64,000 bases of DNA from NCBI GenBank assembly GCA_963514005.1, contig OY740805.1:36766001-36830000 (forward strand). Reading direction: 5' to 3'. Origin of the DNA: Raja brachyura. Taxonomy: Eukaryota. Positions 23,400 through 35,700 of this stretch are shown here, in pieces. Position 1 is the stretch's first letter, and each line of letters opens with the position of its first letter. Position numbers and translations under genes: made by a program. The notes beneath the pieces are model-generated. The model was not told the origin of the DNA, searched no databases, and saw only the letters and a program-made list of their open reading frames with translations.

Positions 23400-24475
23400 G
23401 TTACTAATATTTTTATTAGAAGTAAACATTTCACAATGATAAAACAAATTTGCAAATACCAACTTAAATCAGTAATTGTACAAATATCACATTGATTATT
23501 ATTATCTTCTGTTTTTTAGAAATAGAGAGAAAAAGAAAAAAGAATACATTTTAAATCAACAAATGTTGTGATTAAATAATAATTTTGATTATATAAAAAA
23601 AGTAAAGAGAAAGAAAAAAGAGAAAAAAAATAAAAACACCAGTTAATATATATCTATTCAATATATATATATTTCCCCTTTAAAAACAATAAAAGGTATT
23701 ATATATATATTTAAAAGAGAAGCAACAAAATACATTGTAAATAAAAATATTACAAATGATAATATCATCCTATTGTAGAGACATGTATACAAATCCCAGT
23801 TTGAAAATGAATTATTTTCATCAAATCCTGTCGAGTACCCATTGAGTTGTAATGCCAAGAACAGCTATCCCTTCAAATATTGTATATATGGAGACCATAT
23901 TTGTTCAAAGATTTCACATTTGTCCATTGGGACAAATCTGATTCTTTCCAAATACAATGTCTCCAACATCTCTGCTGTCCACATTTTAATTATGGGGGTT
24001 AATGTTCCCTTCCAAAATTTCAATATTATTTTTTTCCCTATTATCAAACAGTAATCAAAGAAATTTCTTTGATTTACCGTTAATACCAATTTTGAGTCCG
24101 GAATTCCTAACATTATTAACTTTGGATCAGGATCCAGTTTAACTCTAAGAACTTCAGAAATAACTCTAAAGATTTCTGTCCAATAATACCTAAGTTTTGA
24201 ACACGTTACAAAACTATGTATTAAATTAGCCTCTAAATTCTGACATTTATCACAAATAGGAGAAACGTTAGGAAAAATTCTATTTAATTTAGTTTTTGAA
24301 TAATGTAATCTATATAATACTTTAAATTGTATCAATGTATGCCTAGCATTTAACGAACAACGATGTATACGTTGTAAACTTTCTTCCCAAGTTTCTTTTG
24401 TTATAGATAATCCTATTTCATTTTCCCAAGCTTGGCGATATATTTCTGTTGTTGGATTCTCCCTATCCAAAATAA
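23400..24475 (-). mobile_element. Tx1/L1-clade LINE 3' fragment with A-rich UTR (paralog 46600-47675; related + strand piece 22560-23140)
   Basis: QFKVLYRLHYSKTKLNRIFPNVSPICDKC...HSF..C..L..YW zinc-finger C-terminus. Confidence 0.85.
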
Positions 24476-25309
24476 TATTATATATATGTTTTGTGTCTAC
24501 TTTTCTATTAACATTTATGTTGCACTTGTAATGAGTTGAAACGCAAATTTCAGTTCAGTTCTGGGCCGGTTTCTTCCCATCTGTTATCAGGTAACTGAAC
24601 CATATGACCAGAACCATAGATTAGTGCTGAACTACTATCTACCTCATTGGTGACCCTGGGACTATCATTGATCGGACTTCATCGGATCGCACTTTGCACT
24701 AAACGTTATTCCCTTATCATGTGTGTATACACTGTAAATAGCTCGATTGTAATCATGTTTTGTTGTTCTGCTGACTGGTTAGCACGCAACAAAAGCTTTT
24801 CACTCTACCTCGGTACACGTGACAATAAACTAAACTGATAACTGCAATCCTGCTGCTTGGTCCTTGGTCCTGTATTTCTTGGAACGTGGGAACGTAAGGA
24901 ACGTGAGAGCACTGTGTTGAAATTGCAGAACCTTTGTACTGTTGTTAGTAGCAAAACACCCGAAATGTTTCACAATGCAGGAAATGTCCTCAGGTTAAGT
25001 ATTTCTGCTATTTCAGTGTTTCCACAACGCGATTGAGACATGACTCGACTGATGCTTGAGAACCACTTGAAACCTATTATGTTAATTTATATGCTGGAAA
25101 AAAACCGGTCTTGTGGAAAAACAGTCGGGGACAAAGAAAAATTGTTCCCATGTAACCTCCCTGATAATTGTTTCTTAGGATCTCAGGCTGTCGATTTCGC
25201 TACAAGTACGCATTTATATTTACAATCAATCTCTTGCGCAATAATACTCGATTCAGCAATGTAACATTAGTACATTAGCTTGCAGTAATACAGTTAAATA
25301 TATATTTTA

Positions 25310-27735
25310 GCTATGAAAAACAAATATTGTTTTGGAAAAGAATCTGGAGGTTAAGCGTTAAGATCAGAAACATTCGAACACTCACTGAGGAAGACATAAA
25401 CAATCTCCCAGAAGTACTGGTGGACAGAGGATCTACGGGGGTAGAGGAACTGAAATACATTTCCATTAGGCGAGAAATAGTATTGGGTAGCCAAATGGGA
25501 TGAAGGATGATAAATCTCCTGCGCCCGATGGCCTGCATCCCAGGGTCCTCAGTGAGGAGGCTCTAGAAATAATGGACACATTGGTGATAATTGTCCAATG
25601 TTCAATAGATTCAGGATCCGTTCCTGTGGATTGAAAGATAGCTAACGTTATCCCACGTTTGAAGAAAGGAGCGAGAGAGACAACGGGGATTACAGACCAG
25701 TTAGTCCGATTCGGTGTTGGGAAAGATGCTGGAGTCAATTACTAAAGAGGTAGTAATGGGGCGTTCGGATAGCAGTAAAACGATTAGTCCAAGTCAACAT
25801 GGATTTATGAAACGGAAATCATGGTTGACTAATCTTCTGGAATGTTTTGAGGATGTGACAAGTAAAATGGATGAAGGAGTGCCAGTGGACGTAGTGTATC
25901 TAGGCTTTCAGAAAGCCTTTGATAAGGTACCGCACGGGAGACCGCACAGCCATCCACCATTACTCTCTGGCATCTCCCATTCAGCCACTGTCGAATCCAT
26001 CTTGCTACCTCGCCATTAACACCCAATGATTGAACCTTCTTAACGAACCTTCCATGGGGAACCTTGTCAAAGGCCTTACTGATATCCATATAGACAACAT
26101 CCACTGCTTTAACCTCATCAATTTCCCTAGTAACCTCTTTTAAAAAAAGGTTTGTCAAACATGACCTTCCAGGCACAAATCCATGTTCTGTTCCTGATCA
26201 GACCCTGTTTATCCAAATGCTTATATATATTATCTCTAAATATCCTTTCCATTAATTTGCCCACCACTGACGTCAAACTAACAGGTCTATAATTGCTTGG
26301 TGTATTCGTTGAACCCTTTTGAAACAATGGAACAACATGCGCAGTACGCCAATCCTCCGGGACTATTCCCGTTTCTAGTGACATTTGAAATATTTCTGTC
26401 ATGGCCCCTGCTATTTCTGCACTAACTTCCCTCAATGTCCGAGGGAATATCCTGCCAGGACCCGGAGACTTATCCACTTTTATATTTTTCAAAAGTGTCA
26501 GTACTTCCTCCTCTTTGAATCTCATAGTTTCCATAGCTACTCTACTTTTTTCCCCTTACCTCACAGAGTTCAATATCCTTCTCTTTGGTGAATACAGAAT
26601 AAACTAAATTGTTCAATATCTCCCCCATCTCTTTTGGCTCTGCAGATAGCTGTCCATTCTGGGTAATGGAATGTTGGCCTTCATAACTTGAGGATTTCAG
26701 TACAGGGGTAAAGAGGTTCTTCTGCAGTTGTGTAGGGTTCTGGTGAGACCACATCTGGAATATTGTGTACAATTTGGGTCTCCTAATTTGAGGAAGGACA
26801 TCCTTGTGATTGAGGCAGTGAGCGTTGGTTCACGAGATTGATCCCTGTGATGCCGGGACTGTCATATGAGGAAAGATTGAAAAGACTAGGCTTGTATTCA
26901 CTGGAGTTTAGAAGGATGAGAGGATATCTTATAGAAACATAAAAAATTATATAAGGACTATGCAAGCTAGATGCAGGAAAAATGTTCCCAATGTTGGGTG
27001 AGACCAGAACCAGGGGTCACAGTCTTAGAATAAAGGGGAGGTCATTTAAGACTGAGCTGAGAAAAAACTTTTTTACCCAGAGTGTTGCGTATTTATGGAA
27101 TTCCTTGCCACAGACGGCGGTGGAGGCCAAATCACTGGATGGATTTAAGAGAGTTTGATAGAGCTCTAGGGGGCTAATGGAGTGAAGGGATATGGGGAGA
27201 ATGCAGGCACGGGTTATTGATAGCGGACGATCAACCATGGTCATATGGAATGGCGGTGCTGGCTCGAAGAGCGGAATTTAATATATTCATTGTATATATA
27301 AATTAATATATTTTGTAAATAGCTGCGGTCCCAGCATGGAGCCTTGGGGTACCCCATTAGTCACTGCCTGCCATTCTGAAAGGGACCCGTTAATTCCTAC
27401 TCTTTGCTCCCTGTCTGCCAACCACTTCTCTATCCAAGTCAGCACTATACCCCCAATACCACGTGCCCTAATTTTGCTCACTAACCTCCCATGTGGGAAC
27501 TTATCAAATGCTTTATGAATGTTCAGATACACTACATCCACTGGCTCTCCCTTGTCCATTTTCCAAGTTTCATCCTAAAAAATCCCAAAGGATTAGTCAA
27601 GCATGAATTCCCCTTCGTGAATCCGTGCTGACTCTGATTGATCCTGTTACTCCTATCCAAATATGCCGCTATTTCATCATATGATTTACTCCAGCATCGT
27701 TGCTATGTTGTACTTCTTCTCTTTTATTTTTATAG
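25310..27735. mobile_element. Mosaic of CR1-type fragments in both orientations (paralog 48510-50960)
   Basis: Several RT motifs (KSPGP, QHGF, AFDKVPH) on both strands. Confidence 0.85.
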
Positions 27736-27932
27736 TTCCTAGTTCACTTGGGACACAATTACTAGCCAATTAGCTTTAAACCAGGATACTGAAGCACACA
27801 AGTAACCCCAAGAGGTTCATTGGGAGATGTGCAAACTCTTTTCAGACAGCACTCAGGGGCTGGATCAAACTTGGATAATTGGAACCAGGATCCCTAGTAT
27901 CAGGGCTGATCATCATGTCAACATAGGGACAC

Positions 27933-28035
27933 AGTGGACTTCAAGCAAGAGGTAGTAAGTTAAAGATATTCTGAACTTTTCTCATGACATTTAAAAATAA
28001 AATCATCAAGATTGCTCACAGCTATTTTCACTTCC
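27933..28035 (-). pseudogene. Duplicated, disabled leader exon with retained EICE motif
   Basis: Homologous to 20958-21057 but reads ATG TCA TGA (codon 3 TGT->TGA). Part of an internal duplication of about 19.9-21.5 kb at 27.3-28.5 kb. Confidence 0.55.
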
Positions 28036-29899
28036 TCACAAGCAGGCAACTAAACTTACTTAATTTTGTGATTACATTGGATGTGTGTGGTTAGTAACGA
28101 CGTGTGGAAATGTATGTTGAGCACAACGCAGCTGCAGCCTGGTTGACGCCAAGTGGTTTAGTTGCTCTGGATTTACCGCCCTTCTGCATTCACAGAGTTC
28201 ACAAATGTGTCCACCTGCTTGATATCTCGCGGAGTAGGGGGTTTAAAGTGCATACTCTCCACTGTCCAACTAGAACACACGGATTGCGGGGGGCTTCAAC
28301 ATGACGGATACGCAGGCATGTGGGACTGGTGTGGATGGGGCATGTTGGTCGATGTGGGGAAAGTTGGGCCGAAGGACCTGATCCCATTCCGTATGCGTCC
28401 ATGACTCTGTTAAAAGCAAACAGGGGTAACCACGGCAAAGACACAAAAAGCGGGAGTAACTCAGCGGGACGGGCAGCATCTCTGGAGAGAAGGAATGGGT
28501 AACGTTTCGGGTCCGGTTCGAGACTCTTCTTCAGACTGATGTCAGGGGAGGGGGCGGGACAAATGTAGAAGGTAGGAGTGAGAGAGGATGTTGCTGAACT
28601 GTCGTCGGAGAGAGGAGGTGAACTTCCTCAAAGTTGACACACCTGGCGGAGTTTACGCAGCGGAGTGGACAAAATGTGCAAGAAAGAACTGCACATGCTG
28701 GTTTAATTCGAAGGTAGACACAAAACGCTGGAGTCACTCAACGGGACAGGCAGCAACTCTGGAGAGAGGAATGGGCGATGTTTCGGGTCGAGACCCTTCT
28801 TCAGACTGATGTCAGAGGACGGGGCGTGGCAAAGATAGAATGCAGGGTATGGGATATATTGGTCGGTACGGACAAGTTGGGCCGAAGGGCCTATTTCCAC
28901 ACCGTATCACTCTATGTCTCTTTGACTCCAACCCGCTTTCAGTTTCTCTAACTAAAATAGACAATATCTTAGGAAAGCAATGGAACACTCTCGATCTGAA
29001 CAGATGCTGGGAATCGCTGCATCACCTGGTACACGTATCAATCCCTGGACAAGAAACTGTCTCCTTTGACGAGTACAGTACCAATGACGGCCTTTTGCAG
29101 AAATGGGGACAGTTGATAAATTGCTGTAAGCTGTTTTAGTGTGTTTTTAGACGTTGGAAGCTTCTGAGATACTGCGCGGAAACAGTCCCTTCGGCCCACA
29201 GAGTCCGTTCCGACCAACGATCACCCCATCCGTTTGTTCTATCCGACAAGTAGATACAAAATGCTGGAGAAACTCATCGGGTGAGACAGCATCTCTGGCG
29301 AGAAGGAATAGGCGACGTCTCGACCCGAATCGTCGCCCATTCGTTCTCTCCACAGATTCTGCCTCACCCGCTGAGTTATTCCAGCATTTTGTGTCTACCA
29401 TCGATTTTACAGGTATTTGCAGTTCTTTATTAAACATTTCAATCCTCCACGCTCGGGGCAGTTTACAATTTATACCAAGGCCAATTAACCTACAAACCTG
29501 TAGGTATTTGGAGTGTTGGAGCAAACCGGAGATCTCGGAGCAATCCCACGCAGGTCACGGGGAAAACGTACAAAATTCGTACAGACAGTATACGTGGTCG
29601 GGATGGAACCTGATAAGGCAGCAACTCTACCGCTTCTCCACCGTGCCGCCCTAATGACACTTTATTCGCACATGTACATTGGTGCAGTGAAACGCTTTGT
29701 TCTGCATACAATCCTGTAATATATATATTTTCCAGAGTTGCTGCTTGTCCTTTGGGATGTTGTGATCTTTTACTTGTATATATTCATTGGGTTTAATTTT
29801 AAACAATATTTCAGATAACACATTGCGGAGATTGGAAATGTTTTATCTGACATCGGGTTGCAGTGAACGACAAGTTGGTCGTGTAGAGCTACAGGATTC

Positions 29900-30965
29900 T
29901 ACACGACCAATATCTGAGGAAGGAAGTGCTGCTCCGGAGAGGGTCCAGAGGACGTTTATTGCCATAGAGGGGGTACAGAGAAGATTCACCAGACTGATTC
30001 CTGGGATGTCAGGACTTTCATATGAGGAAAGATTGGATAGACTCGGTTTGTACTCGATGGAATTTAGAAGATTGAGGGGGGATCTTATAGAAACCTACAA
30101 AATTCTTAAGGGGTTGGACAAGCTAGGTGCTGGGAGATTGTTCCCGATGTTGGGGGAGTCCAGAACAAGGGGTCACAGTCTAAGGATAAGGGGGAATTCC
30201 TTTAGGACCGAAATGAGGAAAACATTCTTTACACAGAGAGTGGTGAGTCTCTGGAATTCTCTGCCACAGAAGGTAGTTGAGGCCAGTTCATTGGCTATAT
30301 TTAAGAGGGCGTTAGATGTGGCACTTGTGGCTAAAGGGATCAGGGGGTATGGAGAGAAGGCAGGTACGGGATACTGAGTTGGATGATCAGCCATGATCAC
30401 ATTGAATGGCGGTGCAGGCTCGAAGGGCCGAATGGCCTACTCCTGCACCTATTTTCTATGTTTCTATGTTTCTATGTTTACACGAATGATCGTAGGAATG
30501 AGTGGGTTACCATATGACGAGCGTTTGACGGTACTGGGCCTGCACCAGCAGGAGTTTAGAAGGATGAATTGGGAACCTCATTGAAACTTATTGAACAGTG
30601 AAAGGCTTGGATAGAGTGGATGTGCAGAGGATAATTCCACTAACGGGAGAGTCCAGGACATGAGGTCACAGCCTGAGAATTAATTGACTTCATTTTTTAA
30701 CAGAGGAGGAATTTCTTTAGTCAGAGAGTGGTGAATCAGTGAGATCTTTTGCCACAGAAGGTTGTGGAGGCCAAATCAGTGGATATTTGTAAGGCAAAGC
30801 TAGATAGATTCCTGATTAGTACAGGCGTTAGAGGAATGGGATTAAGACAGGGAAATGGGGTTAGGAGGAAGAGATAGATCAGCCACGATTGAATGACGGA
30901 GTAGACTTGATGGACCAAATGGCCTAATTCTGCTCCTATCACTTATGACCTTATGACCTTATCAC
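29900..30965 (+). mobile_element. Tandem CR1-type 3' fragments
   Basis: [15 protein letters not shown]...[13 protein letters not shown]...LWNSLP; (tttctatg)n and (ttatgacc)n tails. Confidence 0.88.
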
Positions 30966-31193
30966 TTTATGAGACACATACGTGTATATACAGATAGATT
31001 GGACATCCATGTAACAGAAGAGACTTATTAAAGTTTCGGATACAGCAGGGCTTTTAATAACTTTCCAGCGCACATCACTCAGCGTTAAATTGTTGCATTA
31101 TTTAAAGAACATGAACAAGACTCTATTAACAAAGCGTTCATTATTGGTCTATTATTACAGCCTGTAATAATCACTGTCAAACCACACCATTAT

Positions 31194-31210
31194 GGCGCCA
31201 TCTAGTGGTC
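31194..31210. promoter_or_regulatory. CTCF-like binding motif between gene B 3' end and gene A upstream region
   Basis: GGCGCCATCTAGTGGTC, reverse complement containing CCACTAGATGGCGC, a close match to the vertebrate CTCF core. Confidence 0.55.
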
Positions 31211-32708
31211 GAGGCACTTTGGTCTCGAAGCTTCGTTTGTCGAGCTCGAACTCTCGCCTGAACTGGCGTGATCTAGGCCGAACAATCAACGCCGACCTGG
31301 TTGGGCAGGTGAAGGGGTGCAGCAGACGACAGAGAGAGACTTCACTTGGCAGCTATCGCGTTGCTACTAATATTAAGAATAAGGGGTAAGCTATTTAGAA
31401 CGGAGATGAGGCAACACTTTTTCTCACACAGAGTTGCGAGTCTGTGGAATTCTCTGCCTCGGAGGGCGGTGGAGGACGGTTCTCTGGATACTTGCAAGAG
31501 AGGGCTAGATTGGGTTCTTAAAGATAGCGGAGTAAGGGGATATGGGGAGAAAGCCGGATGGGTATTAATTGGGGATGATCAGGCATGATCACATTGAAAG
31601 ACGGTGCTGGCTCGAAGGGCCGAATGGCCTACTCCTGCACCTATAAACGGTGTGTTTAAATATTAAATACGACACGTGAACCTCTCCACCACACATGATA
31701 CAATCAATACAAGTCGTATACAGGTGCAATAGTTTATCTCATTGGTCTGAATCTCGCTGCGTGAAAGGGTAAGGGAGGTTGATACAATTGCGCAATCCAT
31801 AAGGGAATTAGAGGTGTGAACGGAAAATATGATTACGAAACCAGAGGAAGGAAGAAAGGTGGATGGGGCGGGCAAGGGAAATGGGCGCATGTCCAGCTGG
31901 GGCAAATGGAAGAACGGGGGATGGGAGGGAGGGGGGTTTCAGGTTATTTACCTGACATTGGAAAATTCAGAGTTCAATATTGGGTTCTAAGCTGCCCAGA
32001 TGGAGTATGAGGTCCTGTTCCACCAATGGTTTAACTCAGGCAATGGAGGAGACCCAAGGTAGAGGGGCCAATGTGGGAATGGGAAGGAGAGGTAAAATGG
32101 TTTGCAACCGGGAGATCCAACAGGCAAATGGAAAGCAAGTGTACTGACCGAAAGCAGATACAAAACGCTGGAGTAACTTAGCGGGTCACGCAGCATCTCT
32201 GGAGAAAAGGAATGCGTGACGTTTCGGGTGAAGACGCTTCTTCAAAAGGTATCGTCGCTTGGGGAGGTGGAGCAGGATCTGGGAGTCCTTGTTCATCACT
32301 GAATGAAAGTGGGCATGCAGGTGCAGTGGGCGGTGAAGAAAGCGAATGGCATGTTGGCCCTTATAACAAGAAGAGTGGAGGAGCAGAGAGGTCCTTCTGC
32401 GATTGTATTGGACCCTAGTGAGACCTGACCTGGAGTATTGTGTGCAGTTTTAGTCCCCTAATTTGAGGAAGGACGTTCTTGCTCTTGAGGGAGTGCAGCG
32501 TTGGTTCACATGGTTAAATCCCGGGATATGCTGAGAAAATTGAGCGGCTAGGTTTGCGTTTGAAATGTAACCACTCTGACTTGAATCAGTTGTTGCCAGG
32601 AATGAACAAATAAGAAGGCAATGTGGAGTTTTAATGAGTGTAAGATTTCACAAATTACATTACCCAAAATGGGTGTTGACCCAAACAGTATCAGCACAGC
32701 TAACTGAG

Positions 32709-32798
32709 CTAATATTGATTCAGTAATGAATTTGCTTTTCTTGGTTTGATCTGCTGGATGAGTTTATTCAAATATGTTGGGAGCTCAACGCTTCTGGT
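32709..32798 (-). CDS. Gene B terminal exon (alternative cytoplasmic tail, or 3' UTR)
   Basis: Acceptor tattttattttctcag|ACC. Phase-0 [32 protein letters not shown], conserved in the paralog at 54731-54820. AATAAA at 32763-32768 lies within it. Confidence 0.5.
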   Translation of the reverse strand, partial: TRSVELPTYLNKLIQQIKPRKANSLLNQY

Positions 32799-35700
32799 CT
32801 GAGAAAATAAAATAGATACATTAGTATATCACAAGCACAGGCATAAAAATCATAAATAGCTTTGAACACAATTGACTTCAATTATTGTTATTAAAGTTCC
32901 TGTCAATTATATGACAACATAGCTCCTAGTCATAGAGTCATAGACTGATACAGTGTGAAAGCAGCCTCTTAAGGCCCACTTTCCCCTCAACGGCCAACAT
33001 GTCCCAGTTACACTAAATCCAGCTGCCTACACTTGTGCTATATCCCTCCAAACATGTCCTATCCATGCCCCATCCAAGTCCCGTATGAGCTCTTTATTTC
33101 TGGCCAGGATCGGTATAGTTTTCCTTGTCATGTTGCTTTTATTTTGTTGCAGCAAGTCTACGTTGCAAGAATCAAGAGGCTTTGCATTAGTTACTAATTT
33201 GTTGTTGATTTGGTTTATTATATTATATAAGTTTGTTGTACCGACAACCGGACAATTGAATTCTTATTTGCAGCAGAATAACAGGCCTGTATATACAACA
33301 ATCTTAGATAAAATATAATAAACAAAACCAACAATAAATTTGTATCTAGTGCAAACACGAAAATACAAGATCCATGGTGCAACACAGGAAAGCCCATAAA
33401 TGTTCATAGTTGAGCCTAGTCTTCTGTGGTGTTCAAAAGCCTGATAGTTGAAGGGAAGAAGCTGTTCTTGAACTTTGTGGTCACGGTTTTCAGACTCGGA
33501 TATCTTGTTCTTGATGGTTGGAGTGAAATGAGAGTGTGGCCAAGGTAGTGTGGGATTTCAATGAAAATATATGTATTTTAGATTAATGTAGTTGGTAAAT
33601 TAAGTTAATTTAAGTTTAGTTTAGTTTAGTATTGTTAAGCTTTGTTTAGATTAGTATAATTTCGTTTGGTTGGCTTTGGTTTGGTTAAGTTTAGTTAAGT
33701 TTAGTTCAGGTTTTTTTTGTATAGTTAAGTTTAGTTTAGTTTAGTTTCGTTTAGTTTCATTTTGGGTATTTTATTTTATTTTAGTTTAGCTCATTTTAGT
33801 TTAGTTTAGTTTAGTTTGTAAGGAAATATTTTCACTGTGGTAGCAACTCGCAGGTGACAATAAAATGCACCATTGTCCAGTGAGCTCAGCTGCTAATGCA
33901 ACCCACACATGCAGCAGGCAATCCTCTTACCGTTTGACCAGCCTGTTAGGCTTCTTTTCTACGACTGACAAATCCACAAGACTCCCAAGAGCGGATGATG
34001 AAGACTATTATAACGTTGATCACAATGAACGTTGCAAGTTTCACTCCCATTACAAGCAGCTGCCAACGTAATCCCCATGCAGGGCTTTCTACAAGGCTCC
34101 GGCCTGTAAGAATAAAACATCAAGTTCACCAATTACTTTCCCAGTTTCATTCTGTTTCCTTCCAATCTTATACACCGAAATGTTCCCACTATCATTCTAA
34201 ACGTAGACCAATTCGTACACTTGCCTGAAAAGGAACAACAGATGTTGGAATTTTGCATAGAATACAAAGTCCTGGAGCAAGTCAATGGGTGAGGCAGCAA
34301 CGGGTGGAGAACATGGATAGGCGACGTTTCTGGTGGGCACCCTTCTTCAGCATCCCACAATGTCACCTATCCATGTTCTCCAGAGATGCTGCCTCGCCCG
34401 CTGTGTTACTCCAGCACTTTGCGTATGTTTGTTTGTAACCCCGCATCTGCAGTCCCTTTTATCTCCACATTGATTGCTTGTGGAAATAGCCGAAGCAGCT
34501 GCTGCCTCTGAGGGCCAGCAGCCTGGCCTCAATGCTGACTGCCGGTGTGGAGTTTGCATGGTCACCATGTTATTGCCTGCGTTTCCCTGGGCGTTACTGC
34601 TTCCTCTCTCATCCCAAAGACGTGCGTCCTGATTGGTAATTAACAGCTGTAAATTACCCCTGCTATATGGAGGAGTCAGAGTGAGCGTAGCGTGCATGTG
34701 AGTTATGAGGGAACTGGATTGCTCTTCGATGGAAACAATGGTCGCTGTATGGAACAAGCTGCCAGAGGAGGTAGTTGAGGATGGGATATTCCCATCGTTT
34801 AAGAAGCAGTTGGTCAGGTACATCGATAGGACAGGTTTTGAGTGATATTGACCAAGCGCAGGAAGGTGGGATAAATGTCACTGGGACATTGTGGGCCTGT
34901 GTGGGCAGTAGACAATAGAAAATAGATGCAGGAAGAGGCCATTCGGCCCTTCTAGCAGGCACCGCCATTCACTGTGATCATAGCTGATCATTCACATTCA
35001 GTACCCCGTTCCTGACTTCCCCCATATCCCTTGACTAAGCTATCTTTAAAAGCTCTATCGAACTCTCTCTTGAAAGCATCCAGAGAATTGTCCTCCACTG
35101 CCTTCTGAGGCAGAGCATTCCACAGATTCACAACTATCTGGGTGAAACGGGTTTTCCTCGTCTCAGTCCTAAATGGCCTACCCCTTGTTCTTAAACTGCG
35201 CTCCCTGCTTCCTAGATATATCATTAATTGCTGTGCCTGAATCTGAACTGACATAGTTTCGTTGTTGAGGCGTGTGGTGGCCGGTGTTAACAATGTTTTT
35301 TAGAACAGTAAAGACAAAGTTAAGATAACACAAACTTACGTGTGACTGTGACATCTGACCCGTACGCAAACTCACGTGTGACAGTGACATCTGTGCTGTC
35401 CGCCAACTTAGGTGTGACTGTGACTTCTGTGCCGTGACCATTATGTATTTCCCCTGTGAAACCAGTCACTCGGCAGTAATACCTTCCTGTCTCGTTCATT
35501 TTGAGGTCAATGATTTCGATGGATTCATTTAGAATTCCCGTTGAACAATGTTTCAGAACGCGACCATAATAGTCGCCGCTCGTGTTGGAAACGATACGAG
35601 TTTGCACGTCCACGTACCAGCTCATGGCCCCAAGCGAACTGATTGTCTTGCCACAGTTTAGCCGCACAGTCCCGCCTTCAGTAACTGTGACCTGCTTCGG

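Larger units (their letters stand above)
11240..33820. repeat. Tandem segmental duplication, unit 1 (paralog about 35280-55700)
   Basis: ORFs recur at offsets of about 23.2 kb (17409/40601, 18767/41965, 23865/47065, 28588/51816). Near-identical core 16616-29446 vs 39801-52674; flanks visibly more diverged. Confidence 0.95.
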
